A stretch of DNA of 64,000 nucleotides from Carcharhinus amblyrhynchos. Lineage: Eukaryota. Positions 1 through 11,535 of this stretch are shown here, one piece after another; the first letter of the stretch is position 1; every line of letters begins with the position of its first letter. The stretch spans positions 42,284,001 through 42,348,000 of the forward strand of contig OZ336891.1 of assembly GCA_965287045.1 (NCBI GenBank), in the 5' to 3' direction. Below the pieces are notes generated by a model. It did no database searches and was not told the origin of the DNA. It worked only from the letters and a program-made list of their open reading frames with translations. The position numbers and the translations under genes were made by a program.

Positions 1-1248
1 CTAATTTTTCCCCATTGATATTTTGATCGAGGGGCTTAATAACCTGGGGCTCAGATGTCATCCTCCCAGTAAACCCATAAAATGGCTGATCTGTGGGATG
101 AAGGAAAAATTAAGTCTGTGACTGTAATGCACTTTGGAGCAGAAATTGTGTACTATGGGAAGGAGTTCATTAACGGGTGTGGAAAAAGCAAAAGGTTTGA
201 GGGTATCCATTAATTATTCACAAGAATATCTAGTGAAGCTGTTAATAACCAGCCTTCTTATGCATCGGGATAGGCCTCTGTGGAATCTGATTTATATTAA
301 GTAAAGTTATTAGAATCTTGCAGAGATCATTGAGGCCAAATTCATAACATTGCACACAATTCTTGGCAGCTGGCAATGTTTCAACAGAGGGAATTGGGCA
401 GAGTTCAGTGAAGAACTGAAGGATACAATTATTCATTAAAGGAAGGCGATAGCCTTGTGGTATTATCATTAGACCACTAATCCAGAAACTCAGCTAATGC
501 TCTGGGATCTGGGTTCGAATCCCATCACGGCAGATGGTGGAATTTGAATTCAATAAAAAAAAATCTGGAATTACAAATCGACTGATGACCATGAAACCAT
601 TGTCTATTGTCAGAAAGACCCATCTGGTTCACTAATGTCCTTTAAAGACGAAAACCTGCCACACTTACCTGCTCTGGCCTACATGTGACTTTAGAACCAC
701 AGCAGTGTGGTTGGCTCTCAACTGCCCTCTGAAATGGTCCAGAAAGCCATGCAGTTGAAGGGTAATTAGGGATGGGTAATAAATACTGGCCTATGTCCCA
801 GAAAAGAATACGAGAAACAGCTGAGAAAATTCAAGTTTGTTTATTCAGAATGGCAGGTAAATGGAATCGATTCCCAAGATAAGCACTCGCTGATGGCAAC
901 TTTGAGGTGAGTTGGATGCAAAGAGTGTGTTAAGGACTGATGTGTGTGAGAGTGAAAGCCGATAAGACAGCAGTGTCTGTGGGAGTTTGCGCATTGTCCC
1001 TGTGGTTGCGTGGGTTTCCTTTGGGTGGTCTGGTTTCCTCCCTCACCCCAAAGATGTGCTCTTAGGCTGATTGGTGTAACAAATTGCCCCTAAATTATTC
1101 TCCCCTTACTCTGGTTTCCAATGGGGGTACCATAAGCATAGCCATGGGTCAAGGGTGGTGTAGGAAAAATACATTGTTAAGATGGCGGCACGGGTTCGTT
1201 GAGCCGAAGGGCCTGTTTCTCTTGCTGTGTTGTCCTTTGTTCTTTGAT
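1..1248 (+). mobile_element. Highly decayed CR1 ORF2 end followed by V-SINE core and (TTCTTTG)n tail; interrupted by a SINE at ~445-810
   Basis: GTAATGCACTTTGGA (VMHFG) at ~124; TGGAATCGATTCCCA (WNRFP) at ~862; V-core GTGGGAGTTTGCGCATTGTCC...GTGGGTTTCC at ~975-1075; tail GCCGAAGGGCC...TTGTTCTTTG. Confidence 0.6.
445..810 (+). mobile_element. tRNA-headed SINE whose 3' tail is shared with the LINE fragment at 27965-28316
   Basis: B-box GGGTTCGAATCCC at ~511; body GGTTCACTAATGTCC...TGGCCTACATGTGACT; tail AAGGGTAATTAGGGATGGGTAATAAATACTGGCC. Related copies on - strand at ~3305-3790 and ~33750-34062. Confidence 0.8.
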
Positions 1249-1624
1249 TGTGGTGGTGGGGAGTGGAGGGGGTGGGGGGTTTTAATCCCAAAAAGACTGG
1301 CGTGAACCGTTCCTATTTTTTCGCCGTTATGACACTTTGGGAGAACTCTGTCCCCTGCCTTACAGCTGAAACATTAAACCCAAGTCCGCCTGCTCTCTCA
1401 GGTGGATGTACAAACTCCTCCATCACTATCGAAAGAGCTGAGTGAGCTGTTCCCTGCGCATGGGGTAATATTTTTCCCTCAACCAATATCGCAAAAATAG
1501 ATTCTCTGGTCATATTTCTCACTGTGTTAATGGGATATTGATGTGTATAAATTGGCTGCAGTGTTACCCACGTCACAGCGATGAATGCATTTTGAAAGCA
1601 TTTTATTGGTTAGGAAGTGTTTTG

Positions 1625-2365
1625 GGCGACACAGTGGCACAGTGCTCAGCACTGCTGACTCACAGCGCCAAAGACCTGGGTTCAATTCCGACCTCAGGTT
1701 ACTGTCTGTGTGGACTCCGCACGTTCTCCCCATGTCTGCATGGGTTTCCTCCGACTGCTGCGGGTTAGGTTGATTGGCCATGCTAAATTGACCCTTAGGG
1801 TCAGGTGGATTAGCATAGTAAATATAGAACGTAGAACACTACAGCACAAACAGGCCCTTCGGCCCACAAGTTGTGCCAATCATATCCCTACCTACCAGGC
1901 CTATCTATAACCCTCAATCCCGTTAAATCCCATACACTCATCCAGAAGTCTCTAAAAAGATCCCAATGAGTTTGCCTCCACCACCAACAGCAGCCGATTC
2001 CACTCACTCACCACCCTCTGAGTGAAAAACTTACCCCTGACATCTCCTCTGTACCTACTCCCCAGCACCTTAAACCTGTGTCCTCTCGTAGTGACCATTT
2101 CAGCCCTGGGAAATAACCTCTGAGATTCCACCCTATCTATTCCTCTCAACATCTTATAAACCTCTATCAGGTCACCTCTCATCCTTCGCCTCTCCAGGGA
2201 GAAAAGACCGAGCTCCCTCAACCTATCCTCATAAGGCATGCCACCCAATCCAGGCAACATCCTATCACATATGTGGGGTTGCGGGAATAAGAACTGGGTG
2301 GAATTGCGCTCGGTGCAGACTCGAGAGGCCGAATGACCTCCGTCTGCACTGTAGGGATTCTATGA
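1625..2365 (+). mobile_element. HE1-type V-SINE (CR1-type tail), split by a CR1 fragment
   Basis: tRNA head GGCACAGTG..AGCACTGCT..TGGGTTCAATTCC and V core; resumes at ~2265 with tail GGCCGAATGACC...GATTCTATGA. Confidence 0.9.
1823..2262 (-). mobile_element. CR1 3' fragment, close relative of the 28-32 kb element
   Basis: ORF 1952-2260 nearly matches the ORF2 C-terminus (MLPGLGGMPYE.RLRELGLFSLERRR...TRGHRFKV); same tail. Confidence 0.93.
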
Positions 2366-3304
2366 TAGCCGGGGACAGGTGTTATATAAATGTAAGTCGG
2401 TATCTATCCTGTGGCCAAGGACAGCTCGGGTTATGTAGGTTGAAAGATTTGAGAGGAATGTACTGGTTGAGAGCATCCTGAACCTTGTTATAATAAAAAT
2501 TTCTCTGCGTATGAAATAGATGAGGATATTGAAGTAACAATGTTGTTTCTGTGCCTGCTCTAACAATCAAACAACCTCCAATACGTCTTGTGTGAGCTGC
2601 TGAAAGAGCAATCCTGAATGATTGCTCTATTCTGACCCTAATTAGCATCTACTTGTCACCGCGGACATGCTGTTGTCTAGCTCAATGACACATGTAATCT
2701 TGATCGTTTCTGCATTGATCCTACACCATGTCATTCCAGACAATATATCTTTTTCCTGTCAGCTAAACCATTCCAACCTATCACCGAGCAAACAAGCCTT
2801 GTTAATGTTTGGCAGCCTGAATGAGGAATCCATACAGTTCCACAGTCAATTCAGTTAAAATAGCCCAATATATTTTGCTAACAGCAAGGTGAGATGCTCT
2901 GAACTCTCATATTATATTGTAGGGCTCTCCACTCTCGCTAGTCTCTATCCTCAGTATATCAAATGTCAGCCAATCCGTCATAACGGTACTTGTACTTATA
3001 TTGTGTTATATCACGTCAAAAATGATTCAGTGCCACACACTATGGGATAGATTTTTGTGCAGCAGTGCCACACAGGGATCTGTCATCTGTTTTACATCTC
3101 ACGCAGTTTCTACTCCCATTGACTTTGACTCACTATTACCTATTTTATGCTTCCTGCACAGTCAAAATTTGCCCTGATCAATCAAGTTTGATGTGTAGTG
3201 ACCATTGCCATGTACTGTAGCTATATTCTAACTACAACTTACATGAAATTGCCATTCAGTAACTTGCAAAACATTCATTGCTGACATGAGGCATCAAATA
3301 TTTT

Positions 3305-3790
3305 TTACTCTATTCATTCGTGGGGTATGGGCGCCACTGGCTGCACCAGAGTTTATTGTCTACCCCTATTTGCCCTTGAACCAAATGCATTTTTTTTTAA
3401 GTATCAACCACGTTGCTGTGACTCTGGAGTCACATGTAGGCCAGACCAGGTGAGGATGGCAGGTTCCCTTCCCTAAAGGACATTAGCAAGCCAGATGACT
3501 TTTTAACAATCAGCAATGGTTTCAGTATCTTTTAATTCCAGATTTGTATTGAATTCAAATCTTGGTGGTTTTCGAATCTGGGAGCCCCCCTCCAGAGCAT
3601 TACATCAGGAGCCAGATTCTCCAACCTCACTCACAGATGGGGTTCTTTGATCCCGCTGCAGTGAACAGAGATTTGGCTGAGCACCAAATTCTCCGTTGGT
3701 GTTCGCAGCTGAGGCGGGACGTGAACAGCTGGAGACCGGTGGCCTGAGTCCTGGATTCTAAGTCCAGTGAAAATACCACAGCACCACCCC
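3305..3790 (-). mobile_element. tRNA-SINE (same family as 445-810) with a Harbinger-type MITE inserted at ~3608-3745
   Basis: Reverse-complement match GAGTCACATGTAGGCCAGACC...CCTTCCCTAAAGGACATTAG; the insert resembles the 6441-6575 MITE. Confidence 0.75.
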
Positions 3791-4431
3791 CTCTATCAAT
3801 GGCCTTCACTGGCACTTGGTCATTCTGTGATCTTATTGAATGGCAGAGCAGGCTCGGGGGGCCAGATGGCCTACTCCTGCTCCTAGTTCTTATGTTCTTA
3901 AGTCACACTATGAATCTGGAGTCATTTCATTAACTTTGTAGAAGCGAAATGTAAAAATTGCTTGTTTTTCATTGACTTTGTTCCCTTTTTGATTCATTTA
4001 ATATTTGCAGTTCCATTGAATGTTGAATCCCCCCCGAGGGGATAATTTGATGAGGTGTTTACCTCACATTTTTATTTTTTATACATGTTATAAATTCTGA
4101 TGAAGATCACGTGAGGCTGGGTTGGATTACGTTTCGGTGCCTTGGTTGGCGCAGTCTAACTGAAATCTGTTTCTGTGTTTGGGAATAATAAAGTGTATAA
4201 TAAAAATGAAATTCAATTATTGCGCTGCATATTGCACTACACTTGGCAAAGTGCCTGAAAATTTATTTCCAATAATATTTGCCTTTCAATGTTTTTCTCT
4301 GCAGACTCTGGTGTTTTATGCCATCAAGTATAGATCGGATGTTTTCTCAGCAAAGATTTGGATCCCATGGAGTTGATATAATTATTCAGTGACTGTCAAG
4401 CAGATCAATTGTGTACGAGCTTATTGTAGTG

Positions 4432-4650
4432 AAAGATAAAGTCGCCACTGTCTCAGATGACCATAGGCTGCTCTCCCTGTTGAGCAGGAGAGCTGTTGGT
4501 GCTGATTTAATCTGAGCATCACCACACCTCAGGCAAGGGACAAAGTGGGACCTTCATGAATAATCTCAGCCAGTACAAAATTGAACCCACGCTGTTGGTG
4601 TCACTCCAATTCACTAATCAGCTATCCAGCCAACTGGGCTAACTGATCCT
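4432..4650 (-). mobile_element. tRNA-derived SINE of another family (possibly MetaSINE-type core)
   Basis: On - strand: A-box-like GTTAGCCCAGTTGG, B-box GGGTTCAATT, core GCCTGAGGTGTGGTGATGCTCAGATTAAATC, tail GGCGACTTTATCT. Confidence 0.6.
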
Positions 4651-4804
4651 TGCATCTTATTGTAGCCGTGGGCTGCTCACACTGATGGTTGGAGAAATAT
4701 ATTGGTCCAATTCTTCTGTTTGCTGTTTTTTTTTAATTTGGAAAGACTGTGGCCCTATGAGGGAAGCTGCCATAGCAACCACTTCTTTGCACACCAAGTG
4801 GCCA

Positions 4805-5476
4805 AGTGTCTAGTAGTGGAGAACATGCCCCTGTCTACATCAATAGGGACAAAGTAGAAATTGGCGAAAGCTTCAAATTTTTAGATGTCCAGATCATAAG
4901 CAACCTGTTCTGGTCCCCTCATGCCAACACTATAGTTAAGGAAGTCCACCAACGCCTCTACTTTCTCAGAAGACTAAGGAAATTTGGCATGTCAGCTATG
5001 ACTCTGACCAATTTTTTACAGGTGCACCATAGAAAGCATTCATTCTGATGGTATAGCTCCTGCTGTGCCCAAGGCCGCAAGAAACTACAAAAGGTCATGA
5101 CAATCCATCACGCAAACCAGCCTCCCGTCCATTAACTGTCGGCGCTTCCTGCTGCCTCGGAAAAGCAGCCAACATAATTGAGGACCCCACACACCCCAGG
5201 CATTCTCTCTTCCACCATCTTCTGTTGGGAAAAAGATACAAAAGCCTGAGGACATATACCAACCGACTCAAGAGCAGCTTCTTCCCTGATGCTGTCAGAC
5301 TTTTGAATGGAACTACCCTGCATTAAGTTGATCTTTCTCTACACTCTAGCTATGACTGTAACACTGCATTTTGCACTCTTTCATTTCCTTCTCTATGAAT
5401 GGTATGCTTTGTCTGCATAGCATGCAAGAAATAATACTTTTCACTGCATGTGGCTATAATAAATCAAATCAAATCA
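4805..5476 (+). mobile_element. Rex1/Babar-clade LINE 3' fragment
   Basis: PVYIN...FKFLDVQI..NL.WS.H...VK..HQRLYFLRRLRKFG; tail AATAAATCAAATCAAATCA. Confidence 0.85.
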
Positions 5477-6044
5477 CGGATTAAAATTACAGGGTTGACC
5501 TGTATTTGCACTGTTTGTCCTGGGTCCCTCTCGGCCTTCACAAAGGCAACTCCCCCCTGTGTTCAGTGTCAGTGAATTTGGTGTATGCACAGTGCTCACC
5601 GGCATGTGTTTTGTGATCTCCTCCCGGCTGTTGTTGTCTCACACCACGCACCAGCCCCCTGCTCTCGGCCCATCTTCCCTCTGTGGCAGCACACTCCCTA
5701 CCCACCTGCCCACCTCATTCTGACTTGCAAAATGCCCCTCAACATGTAACGTGGGAGTTGGTCACCCTGCCCAGTACAGCCAGAGATGCCCCCTTCTGCT
5801 CGACAGTACACCTTAGGGATACTTGGTGGCACCACAGTTATGTTCCTGGATCAGTATCCCAGGAGTCTGGTAGGAATTTGGATCAGCTCCTACCTTGGTA
5901 ATTACAATTCAATTAAACTGAGCTCCAGGAATTAAGAAAGAAGACTTTGGCCAGAATTCTCTGGTCTCATATGACACCACCTCCCCCCCCAGCCGCCCCC
6001 ACCCCCCCCCCCCCCCCCACCATCCCCCGTCATTACATTTGGCA

Positions 6045-6195
6045 CTGCATTGCCCTTGGTGTCAAACTCAATCTTCCCCAATAGGTGTAGACATAGGTCA
6101 TGGGTAGAGGAGGGCACTCATAATGTTAAAATGGTGGTGTGGGCTTGTTGGGCTGAAGGGCCTGTTTCCCGTGCTGTGTTGTTCTTTGTTCTTTG
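6045..6195 (+). mobile_element. 3' end of the chimeric CR1/V-core family with (TTCTTTG)n tail
   Basis: GTCATGGGTAGAGGAGGGCACTCATAATGTTAAAATGG...GAAGGGCCTGTTTCC matches 50700-50805. Confidence 0.75.
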
Positions 6196-6440
6196 GTAAT
6201 AGTTTAGCTAATCAACATTGTAACGGTTAAGGCACATCACCACCTTCAGGGGGGCACTTCACTTTGCCGAAGCCCTCGTACCAAAAATGATTTATTGCCA
6301 CTTTGGTGACAAGTGCACTTTCAGAAGTGCTTTGGTGTGAATGAAACCCCAGTCACTGTTTAATATATAGGGAATGTAGCAGCCCATTTGCACACAGCAA
6401 GCCCCCACAAACAGCAATGTGCTAATGACCAAGTCATCTG

Positions 6441-6575
6441 GGCTGGAATTCTCTGGCTGTTCATACCTCACTGCCGCTGACAGATAGGGTGGAGAATTTG
6501 GCGCTCAGTTAAATCTCCAATCACTGCAGTGGCAGGGAAGACCCTGACCGTGAGTGAAGCTGGAGAATCTAACCC
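6441..6575. mobile_element. PIF/Harbinger-type MITE
   Basis: Imperfect TIRs GGCTGGAATTCTC / GAGAATCTAACCC; 3-bp TSD CTG whose removal restores the host DeuSINE. Confidence 0.7.
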
Positions 6576-6789
6576 CTGATTTTTGCATTGTTGATTGAGG
6601 AATCAATGTTGGCCAAGAAACGAGGGATAACTCCTCTTTTATTCTTTCAAAAAAAACCATTGGGTGCTTCAGGTCCCCATCTGAGTGTGTGGAGAGGGCC
6701 TTGATTTAATATCAGATTGATAGGACAGCATTCCTAATAGTGCAGCACACACTCAGAGCACCAGCCTTGATTTTAATGGGTTGATCCCA

Positions 6790-7558
6790 TAGAACTTAGA
6801 ATAGAGAACATTACTGCGCAGTACAGGCCCTTCGGCCCTCGATGTTGCACCGACCAGTGGAACCAATCTAATGACCCTCTAACCTAAACTATTCCAATGT
6901 TATCCATATGCCTATCCACTGACCATTTGAATGCCCTTAAAGTTGGCGAGTCCACTACTGCTGCAAGCAGGGCATTCCACGCCCTTACTACCCCCTGAGT
7001 AAAGAACCTACCTCTGACATCCGTCCTATAATTATCACCCCTCAATTTAAAGCTATGTCCCCTCGTGTTAGCCATCGCCATCTGAGGAAAAAGGCTCTCA
7101 CTGTCCACCCTATCTAATCCTCTGATCATCTTGTATGCCTCAATTAGGCCACCTCTTAACCTTCTTCACTCTAATGAAAACAACCTCAAGTCCCTCAGTC
7201 TTTCCTCATAAGACCTTCCCACCATACCAGGCAACTTCCTGGTAAACCTCCTCTGCACCCTTTCCAATGCTTCCACATCTTTCTTATAATGCGGTGACCA
7301 GAACTGTACACAATACTCCAAGTGCGGCCGCACCAGAGTTTTGTACAGTTGCAACATGACCTCACGGCTCCGAAATTCAATCCCTCTACCAATAAAAGCT
7401 AACACACCATACGCCTTCTTAACAACCTTACCAACCTGGGTGCCAACTTTCAGGGATCTATGCGCATGTACCCCAAGTTCTCTCTGCTCGTCGCCACTAC
7501 CAAGAGTCCTTCCATTAGCCCTATATTCTGCCCTCCTGTTACTCTTTCCAAAGTGAAT
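6790..7558 (-). mobile_element. CR1 3' fragment
   Basis: ORFs 7166-7405 and 6884-7129 give LYKTLVRPHLEYCVQFWSP...TRGH...WNAL; tail at ~6790-6810. Confidence 0.95.
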
Positions 7559-8446
7559 CTCGGTGTGGCACTTGAGGTAGAAGTCTGAGGTGAGAGTATT
7601 ACCAGCTGAGCCACAACTGACTCCAAAGGAAAGGAATGGCCATGGTCACCTGCATTTCAAAGTTTAGTTTTGCTGCAATGTGAAAAATTGGTGAAAATTC
7701 CGATTGGCTGGAGAAAGAATGTGAGTGATGCACAATGAGGACAGAAAATAATCAAAATAATCAAATAAAAAGGTGAAAAGGCCTGAACAGTAACCAATGA
7801 GGATGAAGCAAGCAGACTCAACTTGACAGATGTTTTGACAGAATCATACTAATTGTTAAGTAGATGTGTTATACCGAATATTCATTTATAATGTCATCGG
7901 CTGGACATGTACGTATATATTGAACATTTTTCTAGAAAAAAAACTTTGCTAAACAAAGGACATTGGCCTATTGTGTTGTAAAGTACACAAGCTGCATTAT
8001 GGAGACAAGAAACGCTATGGGGACAGTGGCTAGAGTGAGCCCAGAAAGAAACCACATGACCAGCTCTTGAGTGAAATATACTGGATTTGAGTTAACTGTG
8101 AGTCTTACACAGCGATGGAAAGGGTAACAGCCACTCTGCCCTTTCTTCTCCAAAAACCAGTTTCATCAAAGCTGAGTGTGTGATTTGAAAACCCACCACA
8201 AAACTTTGTAGCTGCAAACAAACAGTTCTTAGAGGAGGATTCTAAAACCACACCACTATCTCCAAGAAAACAGAATCAGCCAACTATGCCTGCAAACCGA
8301 CTGTTCCAGTCAGAGACACCAACACCAGAGGCTACTGTGCCAAGTAACCCTCCTCTGTAAACAAACATCTGGACAATCTGTGAATAAATCATTTCTGACT
8401 TCTCTTAGCCAGGTTTTACCGTCTGATACTCTAAAATGTTATCTCC

Positions 8447-8641
8447 NNNNNNNNNNNNNNNNNNNNNNNNNNNNNNNNNNNNNNNNNNNNNNNNNNNNNN
8501 NNNNNNNNNNNNNNNNNNNNNNNNNNNNNNNNNNNNNNNNNNNNNNNNNNNNNNNNNNNNNNNNNNNNNNNNNNNNNNNNNNNNNNNNNNNNNNNNNNNN
8601 NNNNNNNNNNNNNNNNNNNNNNNNNNNNNNNNNNNNNNNNN
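8447..8641. other. Assembly gap
   Basis: Run of Ns. Confidence 1.
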
Positions 8642-9245
8642 TATATTCTAAACACTTTTTGTTAATTTTTGCACCTGAGTGAAGTTTAGGCAATACAACT
8701 TTTTACTTGTTAAGGAGCCTAGCTGGCTTATTTCTTGCACTGAGCTACACATGGTTAAGTAGACGTGCTAACTTGGTAATATCACCTTTTTAAAATAATG
8801 CTCTGTTATAACCAGCTCAGGAGTAGGACAAAACGAGGAGTTAGTCCATCCCCACTCCCACTCCCCTCCTAAAGTTGGTGATAATATAATGATAAAGCAC
8901 AGTGTCTCACTTTGTGATGTAGGCAGCATCAGATTAAAATGACATCGTTTAAACTATGCCATTCACTGGTATAGGCATCATATCTGTTCTTTTTCTACAT
9001 TCAAGAACTCAATCTCAATTCTGCTATCTTTTTATTCCTGTCACAAAATAAATTTTTTTTGTCATATGAATATCATAGTCAAGGCCTTAGAATATCTGAT
9101 TGTTCAGAAGATGCAGTGAATTCATTGTCGGGATATTATGAGAGGAAGCCAGCAACACTGCCTCCCATATCCTGCCATTTCACTAATAGATAACATTTAA
9201 CGATACAGTAACATAATTCAATCATAGTCTCTTGTTTGTTTTCAG

Positions 9246-9306
9246 GTTTTCCCTGAGTCATATTTGGCAATGTCCCTCAGAGTTTTGGAGGAAGTATTGT
9301 CAGAAG
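9246..9306 (+). other. Candidate isolated exon of an unidentified transcript
   Basis: Strong acceptor TCTCTTGTTTGTTTTCAG and donor AAG|GTATGG; 61 nt, one frame reads VFPESYLAMSLRVLEEVLSE; no protein recognised. Confidence 0.3.
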
Positions 9307-9349
9307 GTATGGCCTTTCTGATAATATTAACAAACATGTCATAGAGTTC

Positions 9350-9546
9350 AAAATTTATTTATTAGTTTCACAAGTAGGCTTACCTCAATACTGCGATAAA
9401 GTTACTGTGAAAACCCCCCCTGTCTGAGTACACTGAGGCAGAACTTAGCAAGTCTTCCACACAGACAGTGACCCAAGCCAAGAATTGAATCCAGGTCTCT
9501 GGCACTGTGAGGCAGCTGTGCTAACCACTGTGCCACCGTGCCACCC
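9350..9546 (-). mobile_element. V-SINE type B (HE1 head, non-CR1 tail), internally deleted
   Basis: Tail ..TTTATTAG..ACAAGTAGGCTTAC..AGTTACTGTGAAAA; head GCTAACCACTGTGCCACC. Confidence 0.85.
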
Positions 9547-10477
9547 ATGGTGTATGGGTGACATTCATGAAAACTGCTCCAGGCAGCCCTGCTTCATATA
9601 TTGGACAACAGGACAACAGAAATGGTAAATGATGCTGGATCAAACTATTAATTTTGAAATTGAGATTGAGAGATTTTTGTTAATGAAGATGTACTTTATT
9701 GTCACCCAGGCCTGGTCCACACATGTGGGAGAATGATTTGGAGCAGCACAAATCATTCTAAATTACATTGTATTGCATTACAATTATATATTTTTCAGAA
9801 ATCATCTGGCCACCTCCTCTGTTCATCACAACCAGATGAGCCAATCATTTTAGTATGAAGCATTTACCTTGGCCAATAACATTCTATCCCCTGGTAGCAT
9901 GAAAATGCATAGATCTGTAGAGTCCAGACATTCTTGCCCGTTGTCTCCTAGTAACCTCAATGCGTAAGTCTGGAAAGTTATTTTTCATTGTCTCCTAGCA
10001 ACCTCAAATATGTAAGTTCAAAAGTTTCCTTTCTCACTGTCAGCTGAACAATTCTTTATCAGGAAAATTGTATTTGACTGTCTAGGATTGACAGTCTGAG
10101 ACCTACTCTGATAAGAGAGACCTTCTCTACTTCACTTAGTGGCTGTATTGGTTCTTTTTACTCAGCTATATCCCACCATGCCTTGCGGCAGTATATAGTT
10201 GGCTGAAGTGTAAAGAACATTCAAAAATACATGTTTAAATTCTCTAACCTTGTTTATATGTGTTTCTATGCAAAACAGTACCTCAGTAACTCCAGGTACT
10301 TTACACCTTTTCTATACTAAATTCACTTTAAGTTATTTTTATCTTAATCTATTAGTCACAAGTTATCCCAAATCACTCTAACAGTTTATCAAAGTTATTA
10401 AGGGATATGAGGAAAAGATGGGTATAAGCAATTAGGTGACAGACCAGCCACAATCTTACTGAATGACAGACCAGATT

Positions 10478-10747
10478 TGTGGTCATGTTGCCCTTTTAAG
10501 GGGACGATCCTGAGGATCTCAAGGTCAGGCTGGGCTCTATGGAGTGTTGAGGCAGGAAGCTAAGCTATTCATGGGCTCGTGTGCGTATCCCAGGTTGGGG
10601 AGTGGATCCTCAGATGGAGCCAGGGAGGAGTGTTGTACAGTTGCATAGTTTACTCTGTCTGACCCTTTCATTGGAAATAACTATTTATCATCGGCAATAA
10701 ACCTTTTGTTACTTTGAACCACATTGAGTGACCCACAATTTATTACA
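10478..10747 (+). mobile_element. Probable solo LTR inserted in a CR1 3' tail
   Basis: TGT...ACA ends and internal AATAAA at ~10697; flanks rejoin as a CR1 tail (GAATGACAGACCAG..|..AAGGGGCTGAACAG). Confidence 0.5.
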
Positions 10748-11134
10748 AGGATCAAGGGGCTGAACAGTCTCCTTCTGTAACTAAAGATGAATGGGAGGAA
10801 GGAGCTTAATCTGAGGAGAAAAATTAATGGCAATAATTTATAAAAATAGACATTTAAAAATGTGTTTGACAGAGACCACGTGACATCACAGTTATTCTGT
10901 TGATTGGTTTCAATTTTCATGATTTCATTTTAAGAATAACATCAAAGGTTTTTGATAAACACAACAGCACTGTGAGTAAAGTTACAGCCCACAGAATGAA
11001 AGGGACAGTAGAAACAATGAGTTAGATTTTAGCCCCGTCAGCATATATGTAGGCGGGGGCGATTGGAGTTGAGGGTGAGATATAGTGGCCTTCCCACCCA
11101 CCCCTGACCTGTCTCCTGCGTTAAGGTGGGTGGA

Positions 11135-11535
11135 CACATTAAGAAGTCTCACAACACCAGGTTAAAGCCCAACAGCTTTATTTGGTAGCAAATGCCATTT
11201 GCTTTCGGGTCTTTACCCTTTCGTCGAGTGAGTGGGGAGTTCTGATCACAAACAGGGCATATAAAGGCACACACTCAAATGCAGAATACTGATTAGAATG
11301 TGAATCTTTGCAGCTAACCAAGCTGTAAAGACTCACATTCTAATGCAATATTCTGTAAATTGAGTTGGTGTCTTTATATGCCCTGTTTGTGATCAGAACT
11401 CCCACTTACCTGACGAAGGAGCAGCGCACCAAAAGCTAGTAGTGTTTACTACCAAATAAACCTGTTGGACTTTAACCTGGTGTTGTGAGACTTCTTACTG
11501 TGTTTACCCCAATCCAACGCCAGCATCTCCACATC
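11135..11535. mobile_element. Penelope-type foldback element (inverted pseudo-LTRs) with hammerhead motifs
   Basis: ~180-bp inverted arms centred near 11316; CTGACGA-AGGAGCAGCGCACC-AAAAGCTA motif at ~11410; 14-bp flanking direct repeat TTAAGGTGRGTGGA (11121-11134, 11536-11549). Confidence 0.85.

Larger units (their letters stand above)
1345..2398 (+). mobile_element. DeuSINE (SacSINE/AmnSINE-like), split by nested HE1 and CR1 insertions
   Basis: Deu core CTCTCAGGTGGATGTA...CCCTCAACCAATATC...AATTGGCTGC at 1345-1625; terminal GGTGTTATATAAATGTAAGTC at ~2378-2398. Confidence 0.8.
6310..7625 (-). mobile_element. DeuSINE interrupted by a MITE (6441-6575) and a CR1 fragment
   Basis: GCAGCCCATTTGCACACAGCAAGCCCCCACAAACAGCAATG and GTTGATTGAGGAATCAATGTTGGCC (Deu core, reverse complement); head remnant at ~7560-7625. 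Confidence 0.75.

Noticed and set aside
935-962. CTGATGTG...GAAAGCC as a hammerhead
   Set aside because: Core is CUGAUGU, not CUGAUGA, and no stem II forms.
8380-8693. ORFs containing X runs
   Set aside because: Artefacts of the N gap.
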